Of a stretch of DNA of 64,000 nt, positions 50,672 to 57,890 are shown in pieces. The translations under genes and the position numbers were made by a program. The stretch is from positions 5,309-69,308 of IMG/VR virus record IMGVR_UViG_3300035214_000144; one strand, 5' to 3'. The notes beneath the pieces were generated by a model, which was not told the origin of the DNA, did no database searches, and was given only the letters and a program-made list of their open reading frames with translations. Within the stretch, counting starts at the first letter, position 1. Each line of letters starts with the position of its first letter. Source of the stretch: a virus. Its lineage: Duplodnaviria; Caudoviricetes.

Positions 50672-51853
50672 ATGGATAATAAACTACCTAAAAATTTTTG
50701 TATTCTTCCTTGGACTGCTTTAGAAGTCCAACCAAACGGCACAGTAAAACCGTGCTGTATGTATAAGGATACACTAAAAAAGGAAAATGGTCAAGAGTAT
50801 AAAATACAAAAGGACCAATTTAATGATATTTGGAACAGTGATGAATTAGCTACAATACGTAAAAGATTTTTATCTGGCACACAACCACGTGGGTGCCATA
50901 GATGTTGGATGGAAGAATTATCAGGCAAAAACTCTAAAAGAATAAGAGATAGTAGAAAATACAAGCATCTAATTACTGAAGAAATCATATTTGGAAAGCC
51001 TGCTCCAAGGTATTTAGATTTAAAACTTGGAAATATATGCAACCTTAAATGTAGAATATGCTCTCCACAATACTCATCAAAATGGATATCAGAACAAAGA
51101 AAATATGATATTATTGACAAAAATATTAAGTACTATGAAAGATTAGATTGGGCTGAAAAGTCAGAAATATTTTGGAATAATATTGAATCTTTGATTCCTA
51201 TTTTAGAACATTTAGATTTTACAGGTGGAGAACCTTTTATGATAAAAGAACACTTTGATCTTTTACATAAGATTATAAAACAAGGTTATGCACATAAGAT
51301 TACTTTGCACTATAACACAAATGGAACACAATTGCCATTGGATGCTTTAGATAATATATTTCCTCATTTTAAATCTGTTGACGTTCATTTTAGTGTAGAT
51401 GGCATAGGCAAACACTTTGAATATCAACGACATCCAGCTAAATGGGACCAGCTATTAAAAAATTTAAATATGTGGAAAACATATGAATCCAACAAACTAG
51501 ACCTATCTATATGTCATACTGTTAATGTGTTTAATGTACTTTACTTGCCAGAATTTATCGAATGGACTGAGAACTTTGATATAAAAATATACCTTAATAC
51601 ATTACACGAACCATTACATTATAATATATCAGCACTACCTAGCTTCTTAAAAGATGTTGTAAAAGATAAACTATTAGACTATATTGAAAGAGATTTTGAT
51701 CAAATAATACAATTTATGGAAAATAGCGATAATAGTTATCAACTAAAAGAATTTAAAAGACAAATCTACAGAATGGACCTAGTAAGAGTAGAATCATTTG
51801 ATAAAACATTTCCGGAATTATCTGAGCTAATGAATATTATAAAAATAAAATGA
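50672..51853 (+). CDS. Radical SAM enzyme with N-terminal twitch/SPASM-like region (#4)
   Basis: NFCILPW...NGTVKPCC...GCHRCW; CNLKCRIC; GGEP. Confidence 0.9.
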   Translation: MDNKLPKNFCILPWTALEVQPNGTVKPCCMYKDTLKKENGQEYKIQKDQFNDIWNSDELATIRKRFLSGTQPRGCHRCWMEELSGKNSKRIRDSRKYKHLITEEIIFGKPAPRYLDLKLGNICNLKCRICSPQYSSKWISEQRKYDIIDKNIKYYERLDWAEKSEIFWNNIESLIPILEHLDFTGGEPFMIKEHFDLLHKIIKQGYAHKITLHYNTNGTQLPLDALDNIFPHFKSVDVHFSVDGIGKHFEYQRHPAKWDQLLKNLNMWKTYESNKLDLSICHTVNVFNVLYLPEFIEWTENFDIKIYLNTLHEPLHYNISALPSFLKDVVKDKLLDYIERDFDQIIQFMENSDNSYQLKEFKRQIYRMDLVRVESFDKTFPELSELMNIIKIK

Positions 51854-52671
51854 CCCTAAACAACGAACACAAAGTAGACTATGAAAAAATTGTAGCTACT
51901 GTTTTAAATGATGACAGCTATAAAGTTAAAATAGATCGGCCGGAAGGTATTAATTATACAACCACTCGAGCTAATAAATTAGAGTTCATTAAAAGTAATA
52001 GTAGCTCATTTATATACAATAATGAAACAGTTTATCAAATGGCAGTTAACGTCTTAAATATTCAAGACGGGCGTTTTGTTGATGAATGGTATTATAAAAA
52101 TAGAACAGAAGTAAAAGAAAAACATCAAATTTTTACAAAAGCACATAAAGGTACTATAAGCTTTGATTTATATCTAGCAAATAACATTTTTAATGAATCA
52201 CGTTTGTGGAAATTAATGTTAGTACAATGCAAGTATTGTACTGATGCAAATGAATTTGATAACACCCACGATCCTTATTTTAGCTTACGTATACAAAAGC
52301 CCGGCGAAACTTACGGATTGTATCTACGATGTTGGGAACCAGGTATTGATAAAGATATTATCACAACAACTAAAATATTAAAATTCAATAAAGATGATAT
52401 TAACAAACATAATGGGTATGATAAGTGGATTAAAATAAAAATAACATATACGCAAATAAATACAGCAACATACCAAATAGATGCTTATGCAACTAATGGT
52501 AGTTACGAAGGGCACCAAAGTCATATTATCAAACCACACCAATTTAATAATGCAACCTTAAAACTAGGTATAGTAAACATAGGATCAAAATACAAAAAGT
52601 TCAATGAAAAAAATGTAAGTGTATGGTATAAAAATATTAAAATAATAACAGAGGGAAATTATTATGATTAA
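51850..52671 (+). CDS. Hypothetical protein, C-terminal half possibly a beta-jelly-roll (ConA/polysaccharide-lyase-like)
   Basis: Alternating beta-strand pattern GTISFDLYL...YFSLRI...WIKIKITY...LKLGI; weak. Confidence 0.45.
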   Translation: MTLNNEHKVDYEKIVATVLNDDSYKVKIDRPEGINYTTTRANKLEFIKSNSSSFIYNNETVYQMAVNVLNIQDGRFVDEWYYKNRTEVKEKHQIFTKAHKGTISFDLYLANNIFNESRLWKLMLVQCKYCTDANEFDNTHDPYFSLRIQKPGETYGLYLRCWEPGIDKDIITTTKILKFNKDDINKHNGYDKWIKIKITYTQINTATYQIDAYATNGSYEGHQSHIIKPHQFNNATLKLGIVNIGSKYKKFNEKNVSVWYKNIKIITEGNYYD

Positions 52672-52768
52672 GTGGATCAAAAACATCTGGGTTGAAATTA
52701 AAATGCATTTCGCTTACAAGAAAAAAATTAAAGAACTTAAAAAACGAGACCCGTTTATATACAAATAG
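52664..52768 (+). CDS. Small peptide (34 aa), not in ORF track
   Basis: MIKWIKNIWVEIKMHFAYKKKIKELKKRDPFIYK; GAGGG SD; start overlaps the upstream stop region. Confidence 0.6.
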   Translation: MIKWIKNIWVEIKMHFAYKKKIKELKKRDPFIYK

Positions 52769-52773
52769 TTGTA

Positions 52774-52950
52774 TTAATCAGCAGATTTAAACCGCTCGTC
52801 GTTCTTCTTTTGAATTTTCCAGGCTTTAACTTTCATTTCCCAATACTTTTCGTTCTCAAGCTCTTGGGCTGATGGTGGCATTGTCCACACGAGATGATTC
52901 AGCGAAGCTGTTATAAACGCACCTGTAAAAAATAAAGTCTCTAAGCCCAT
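52774..52950 (-). CDS. Small protein (58 aa), not in ORF track
   Basis: MGLETLFFTGAFITASLNHLVWTMPPSAQELENEKYWEMKVKAWKIQKKNDERFKSAD; TATAAATA on the minus strand (52966-52959) 8 nt upstream. Confidence 0.55.
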   Translation of the reverse strand: MGLETLFFTGAFITASLNHLVWTMPPSAQELENEKYWEMKVKAWKIQKKNDERFKSAD

Positions 52951-53001
52951 TGTATACCTATTTATATCTTGGTATAAGTATTATATAGATTGAGAGCAGA
53001 A

Positions 53002-53391
53002 ATGAGAGACGACGAAGACAAAGACACAAAAGCTAGTTGGATGAGAATAGACGAAATTAGACTTCGTACTATGGACTACAGAGATACTCGCCTGCTCCTT
53101 GAAACATTATCATCACTAAAAAATACTGAAGTTGGCTTCATAATAGACGATCTTAATGACAAATACGGAACAACATTTAGATATAATGACTATCTAAGGA
53201 ACAGAGAGCTACCAATGGAACTACGAAATGCTTGTCGCTCTATGCATCAAACTCTAGGAGCGGAGCAAGAAAAGGTAGTTGACGAATGTATAAAAACATC
53301 TAAAGGTGTAATTCCATTTATGGCAAGAGCATTTTTATTTTTGATGGCAATCATTATGATCCTCACGTGGCTTCGAAATATTTTTTCTTAA
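53002..53391 (+). CDS. Hypothetical protein with C-terminal TM helix
   Basis: ATG at 53002; ends AFLFLMAIIMILTWL. Confidence 0.65.
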   Translation: MRDDEDKDTKASWMRIDEIRLRTMDYRDTRLLLETLSSLKNTEVGFIIDDLNDKYGTTFRYNDYLRNRELPMELRNACRSMHQTLGAEQEKVVDECIKTSKGVIPFMARAFLFLMAIIMILTWLRNIFS

Positions 53392-53429
53392 AAAAATTTA
53401 GCCGGTTGAGCTTGAAATTTTAGCAAAAT

Positions 53430-53437
53430 TATAAATA
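53430..53437 (+). promoter_or_regulatory. T4-type late promoter
   Basis: Exact TATAAATA upstream of the 53476-54895 unit. Confidence 0.6.
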
Positions 53438-53475
53438 TCAAAGAACTACTAATTTAAGACATTTTCAAGGAACCG

Positions 53476-53694
53476 ATGAAGAACTACTGGCTAAAATTAC
53501 TAGCACTAATGAGGTGTGACTTTAAAAAACGTACAGGACACGATTGGGGCTATGATAATCACCACCATAAACTATGGGGTTATGACGCCGGACATCATTA
53601 TTTAGGCTATCAACAAAGTAAACGTTGTAAGGCACAGCAAACTAAAGAGAGAGATAATGGCAAGACAGGACAAGACACACAAGGGCAGACGTAA
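53476..53694 (+). CDS. His/Trp/Tyr-rich small protein with WGYD repeats
   Basis: HDWGYDNHHH-KLWGYDAGHH-YLGYQ; AAGGA SD. Confidence 0.6.
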   Translation: MKNYWLKLLALMRCDFKKRTGHDWGYDNHHHKLWGYDAGHHYLGYQQSKRCKAQQTKERDNGKTGQDTQGQT

Positions 53695-53749
53695 AAAAGG
53701 TAGTAAAAAAAGAAGAGCTCAAAGAAAAATTAGACACAAAAAAAGATAA
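53657..53749 (+). CDS. Protamine-like basic peptide (30 aa), not in ORF track
   Basis: MARQDKTHKGRRKKGSKKRRAQRKIRHKKR, 17/30 Lys+Arg; purine-rich SD-like AGAGAGAG. Confidence 0.55.
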   Translation: MARQDKTHKGRRKKGSKKRRAQRKIRHKKR

Positions 53750-53824
53750 TTAGTTAACTTTTAAACCTAATTGTTGAAGTCTAAATACAATAAATACAGC
53801 TATAATAATAAAAAAGGTGTACAA

Positions 53825-54895
53825 ATGAAAGCTAATTCTTGGACAGAGTTCCAACCATTAAAAGAAGTTATACTAGGTAAAGGTTATACAACAGACTGGT
53901 TAACAAAAGAGCAATTTCCCGAAGTTGATTTACGTGCTGGGCTAAAACAAATATTCGAAGAGACTGAAGAAGACGTTTTAAAAGTCAAAGACTTTTTAGA
54001 AAGTGCTGGTGTTAATGTATTAAGACCAGAAATAACATTTGACTTAAACAAAAAGTATGGCCAAATTGATTTAAGCAAATTTAAATTTCAATTCCCAAAT
54101 CATCCACTTCAACCAAGAGATACTGCTGGTGTTTATGGAGATACGTTAGTTCATTTTTATACAGGTGAGAATGGTCGTATTTTTGAAAACTGGGGTACTT
54201 ATAATCATTTTATAGAATATTATAAGCAAGGTAATAATTGGATTTCAATGCCTATGCCTAACTTTGCTAGTCCAACACAAGGATATAAAGAACACGATGA
54301 TAAAAGAATATTGTATCATTCAGCAAATATATTAAGATGTGGTAAAGATATTTTTTATTCTACTGTACATCCAACACGTGGTCATCATAAAGGCAAAGGT
54401 TCTAACTTAGGTATGGAATGGTTGCAAAGAGCATTTGGTGACAAGTTTAGATATCATATTGTTAATGTAGGTGGCCACCTTGATGGTAAGTTAGCATTAC
54501 TTAGACCGGGGCTTCTTGCTTGTTGGGACAAAGAAGATATTCCAGAAGTTTTAAAAAGTTGGGACGTAATTGAAGTGCCTGAGACTGCGTGGAACGTACC
54601 TAAGCATTTTACAAGAACTCGTAAGCAAAGATGGTATGAAGAATTTGTTAAGGAATATCTAACAGAATGGATTGGCTATTGTGATGAAACAGTATTTGAT
54701 GTTAACTGTTTTAGTGTAAATGAAAATTTAGTAATTACTAACGGCTACCATAAAGAAACATACGATAAATTTAAAGCTCACGGAATAGAAGCTTGGCCGT
54801 GGCATTGGCGACACAAACATTTCTGGGACGGTGGAATACATTGTTTAACAATGGATACTATAAGAGAAGGTAATCAAGAAGATTACTTTAGTTAA
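53825..54895 (+). CDS. Amidinotransferase (pentein superfamily; glycine/inosamine-phosphate amidinotransferase-like)
   Basis: NSWTEFQPLKEVILG, PRDT, HLDGKLALLRPG, FWDGGIHCLTMD (Asp/His/Cys triad); start moved to MKANS. Confidence 0.88.
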   Translation: MKANSWTEFQPLKEVILGKGYTTDWLTKEQFPEVDLRAGLKQIFEETEEDVLKVKDFLESAGVNVLRPEITFDLNKKYGQIDLSKFKFQFPNHPLQPRDTAGVYGDTLVHFYTGENGRIFENWGTYNHFIEYYKQGNNWISMPMPNFASPTQGYKEHDDKRILYHSANILRCGKDIFYSTVHPTRGHHKGKGSNLGMEWLQRAFGDKFRYHIVNVGGHLDGKLALLRPGLLACWDKEDIPEVLKSWDVIEVPETAWNVPKHFTRTRKQRWYEEFVKEYLTEWIGYCDETVFDVNCFSVNENLVITNGYHKETYDKFKAHGIEAWPWHWRHKHFWDGGIHCLTMDTIREGNQEDYFS

Positions 54896-55416
54896 TATTT
54901 TAATTCTAATTGCTTAATTGTTACTAATACTTTATTACCCCAAGCAGGGTCTTTAGCATACGTAGAAGCTAACATATAAACTAATTCATCATAATTAATA
55001 TCATCTATAAGCCATTGGTGCATTAACGTTTCTCTAAAATCAGCATACCTTTTATCCGTTGATAATAAATCCATAAAGCCATAAACACCATCACATAAAG
55101 ATTCAAATTTTACTAATTTAATTTGATTATTATTTTTAGGTACCATATATTCTACAGCATTTGGCCCTGCATATATTCCAAAAAAGTTATATCCTTCTAC
55201 TGCAAATCTTGATGTTCCCCAGCCACTTTCGTGCCCTGCAACCGCTACAACTAATGGAACAGGAATTCTAACGTGTGGTTCTTTAACATAATACGCATTG
55301 TATTCGATTGCACAGGTTTTAATAGCATCAATAAATTGTTCTTTATTTTCATAGCTAATAGGCGTTGTAAAAATATTACAAGCTATTAGTAGTGTGGCGC
55401 AAATATGTTTTATCAT
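54892..55416 (-). CDS. GH73/Bax-like glucosaminidase (candidate peptidoglycan hydrolase) with N-terminal signal
   Basis: AVAGHESGWGTSRFAVEGYNFFGI and YAKDPAW motifs. Confidence 0.85.
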   Translation of the reverse strand: MIKHICATLLIACNIFTTPISYENKEQFIDAIKTCAIEYNAYYVKEPHVRIPVPLVVAVAGHESGWGTSRFAVEGYNFFGIYAGPNAVEYMVPKNNNQIKLVKFESLCDGVYGFMDLLSTDKRYADFRETLMHQWLIDDINYDELVYMLASTYAKDPAWGNKVLVTIKQLELKY

Positions 55417-56210
55417 AAGTCATCCCATAGTTTAATATCATTTTTTTCTAAAAAATTACTTCTTTGAAAGACAGGTATTGGTTCCATTTTATGTAAATTT
55501 GCTTTTCTAATATCTTGATATCTGATTAGCTTTTCGCTTTCTTCTTTTGATATACATAAAATTGATTGCTCTTCTATTTTCATAGAACGTTCTAGCTCAT
55601 CATAAGTCAATCCACCCAACTGCTCTTTATCTGTTCTGCCATCTTCCCATAAGCCATCTGTTGGTGGAGCATCTAAAATTTCTTGTAATATACCTAATTC
55701 TTTTCCTAATGAATAAACTTCAGACTTCATTAAATCTGCAATAGGTGAAATATCAACTCCGCCATCACCATACTTTGTAAAAAATCCTACACCAAAATCT
55801 TCAATTTTATTTCCTGTACCAACTACTATACCTTTTTTAGATGCAGATATTTGATGTAATGTAACCATACGCAATCTAGACTTTGTATTTGCAAAGGCGT
55901 GTTCATTATCAAAACTACTACCTAACGAATCTTGAAAAGAATTATAAACACTATCTAAAGGAATTATACAATGAGATACATTGTTATATTTTTTAACTAA
56001 CCATTCTCCGTGCTTCATACTTAAACTATTTTGATCTTCTTTTTGTCTTATTGGCATTGTTAAAACAAACACAGGCAACTCTGTCATTGCACATAACGTA
56101 CTAACAACAGAACTATCAACACCACCTGATATACCTATAACTAAACTATCTCTGTTATACTCACCTGCATAACTTTTAATCCAGTTAGATATTTCTTTAG
56201 ATACTATCAA
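55413..56210 (-). CDS. nadE: NH3-dependent NAD+ synthetase
   Basis: GISGGVDSS P-loop, ANTKSRLRM, VVGTGNKIE, FFTKYGDGGVDISPIADL, APPTDGLW; no glutaminase domain. Confidence 0.95.
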   Translation of the reverse strand: MIVSKEISNWIKSYAGEYNRDSLVIGISGGVDSSVVSTLCAMTELPVFVLTMPIRQKEDQNSLSMKHGEWLVKKYNNVSHCIIPLDSVYNSFQDSLGSSFDNEHAFANTKSRLRMVTLHQISASKKGIVVGTGNKIEDFGVGFFTKYGDGGVDISPIADLMKSEVYSLGKELGILQEILDAPPTDGLWEDGRTDKEQLGGLTYDELERSMKIEEQSILCISKEESEKLIRYQDIRKANLHKMEPIPVFQRSNFLEKNDIKLWDDL

Positions 56211-56391
56211 CTACTTCTCCTTCTTTTGCTTTTTCTTCTTCTAACTTTTTCTTTAATGCTTCTAGTCTTATTATTATAGCATCACTTTGAACTGGTGCCA
56301 ACTGATTTGATAATATTTTTGTGGCTTCCATAATACCTTTATTGAAAAACATCCAATCTAATAATTCTTCTAACTTCTTATCTATACTCAT
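56197..56391 (-). CDS. Hypothetical protein (start probably MSIDK)
   Basis: ATGA overlap with the upstream stop. Confidence 0.55.
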   Translation of the reverse strand: MSIDKKLEELLDWMFFNKGIMEATKILSNQLAPVQSDAIIIRLEALKKKLEEEKAKEGEVVDSI

Positions 56392-56630
56392 TTTTGTATC
56401 TCGCCTGACCAATTAAGAATTCCTCTATCAATCCAATTTGCTATTTGCATATCTCTATCGTCCCACTCTAACTCTTGTTGCACAGACGCAATTAATCTTT
56501 CTACATCATTTTTTAATATTAAATGATTTTCTTCTATTCCGTCTATTTCATACGTTCCTTTTAACTTTAACCAGAACTTATTTTTACGAGTTATTTTCTT
56601 TTTCGTCTTCTGTTTCTTCTTCGGCGGCAT
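56388..56630 (-). CDS. Hypothetical protein, start uncertain
   Basis: Lys-rich N-terminus overlaps the acidic tail of the upstream gene in another frame. Confidence 0.45.
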   Translation of the reverse strand: MPPKKKQKTKKKITRKNKFWLKLKGTYEIDGIEENHLILKNDVERLIASVQQELEWDDRDMQIANWIDRGILNWSGEIQK

Positions 56631-57048
56631 CTTTTTCTATCTCCTTTGGTGGATTGATTGGCATTCCGCTATTATCAAACCATCTTCCATCTGCTGTAGT
56701 AGTACATTTAGAATAAAAATTATTACCATTTACACCTTTTATTAATCTTCTTTTTGTATATAATTTGCCTTGATACTCTGTGCCATCTGCTTGTACAAGT
56801 CTCTCACCATAATTACCACCATACATTCTGTCAATATAAAACCACGAGTCTTCATTACCGTCTTCATCTACAACTGTATGTTTTGTTGCTTTTTTGGAAT
56901 CCAAGGGTAAATCATAAAGTCCATCTTCACTACAAGTTGATGTCCACATCTTATTAGTATCTGGAATTGTAATAGGTTTATCATTGACAGGCTTTTTTGT
57001 TATATCTTTTAGAGAGTCTAAAAGCTTTTTTGTTTTTTCTGTAGCCAT
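56584..57048 (-). CDS. Hypothetical phage protein
   Basis: 154 aa, YKGKLY-like core, WFDNSGMPI and an acidic tail. Confidence 0.7.
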   Translation of the reverse strand: MATEKTKKLLDSLKDITKKPVNDKPITIPDTNKMWTSTCSEDGLYDLPLDSKKATKHTVVDEDGNEDSWFYIDRMYGGNYGERLVQADGTEYQGKLYTKRRLIKGVNGNNFYSKCTTTADGRWFDNSGMPINPPKEIEKDAAEEETEDEKENNS

Positions 57049-57248
57049 TATTTTTCTGCATCAATGTCATATTCGAATTCTAATCTTGCGAAACGCCCAA
57101 TATATGGTTTATTTAAATCTTTTCTGTGAAGTTCTATGCTGGTGTTTGTTCCATCTACAACAACTTTTATATGCTTGTCTGTTTTAGATAAAACATCAGC
57201 GGATTTTGTTTGTCCGCTATCAATACAACGTATAACAATCTTTTCCAT
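57048..57248 (-). CDS. Hypothetical phage protein
   Basis: 66 aa; TTGACA (57296-91), 17 nt, TATATT upstream; TAGGA SD. Confidence 0.7.
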   Translation of the reverse strand: MEKIVIRCIDSGQTKSADVLSKTDKHIKVVVDGTNTSIELHRKDLNKPYIGRFARLEFEYDIDAEK

Positions 57249-57330
57249 TCTACTATCCTATAGTGTTAATATATAGTAAAAACCAAGATCTGTCAACTAT
57301 ATATTAACGCCTATATACAAAATGAATTGT

Positions 57331-57705
57331 CTACTGCGTTGCAGTAGGGCAAACAGGATTCGTAAGAGCTTCATCTAGTGCTACTGTATTTGCCTCTAAA
57401 GTAAGAGTAGTAGTTTCTAGTTGGCTATTTAAATCCGCAACTGTTATTGCTAACTCACTACGGTTAGTTTCGGTTTGTACTAGTGTACCATTTACAGTAT
57501 CTAGCTCGGTTCCTAAACTCGCAACTTGAACTGTTAAAGTATCAATTGCGTCTTCGTGAGTAAGTATTGTTGCCTCGGCATTAGTTACTTCTGCTGTCAA
57601 CCCTTTAATATCTCCAGATTGATTAAAAAGTAGTATTGCTAAAACAACTACAATTGCCGAAGCAATTTTTGTGCCTGTTGTTATTGTTTTTAGTTTTTCT
57701 ATCAT
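57331..57705 (-). CDS. N-terminally membrane-anchored coiled-coil protein
   Basis: TM IASAIVVVLAILLF, heptads, C-terminal NPVCPTATQ. Confidence 0.7.
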   Translation of the reverse strand: MIEKLKTITTGTKIASAIVVVLAILLFNQSGDIKGLTAEVTNAEATILTHEDAIDTLTVQVASLGTELDTVNGTLVQTETNRSELAITVADLNSQLETTTLTLEANTVALDEALTNPVCPTATQ

Positions 57706-57747
57706 AGTATTTAAATACTACAATAATACAATAACTTTGTCAAGCCT

Positions 57748-57852
57748 TTAATTTACTGCGGCAATAATAATAATAACAACTACAACTACTGCAATTGATA
57801 TTTTTTTATTTGCTAGGGCAGTCGCCCATAAACTTTTGATTTTTTCTATCAT
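57748..57852 (-). CDS. Small membrane peptide (34 aa), not in ORF track
   Basis: MIEKIKSLWATALANKKISIAVVVVVIIIIAAVN; own TTGACA-17-TATAGT promoter (57890-57862). Confidence 0.6.
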   Translation of the reverse strand: MIEKIKSLWATALANKKISIAVVVVVIIIIAAVN

Positions 57853-57890
57853 AATGTATTTACTATACTACAGATCCACAATATTGTCAA

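Noticed and set aside
29266-54895. Calling the enzyme locus a bacterial LPS/capsule island (host or contaminant DNA)
   Set aside because: No Wzx/Wzy/ABC exporters or NDP-sugar synthases; it is continuous with virion genes and carries phage late boxes and phage-type small genes.
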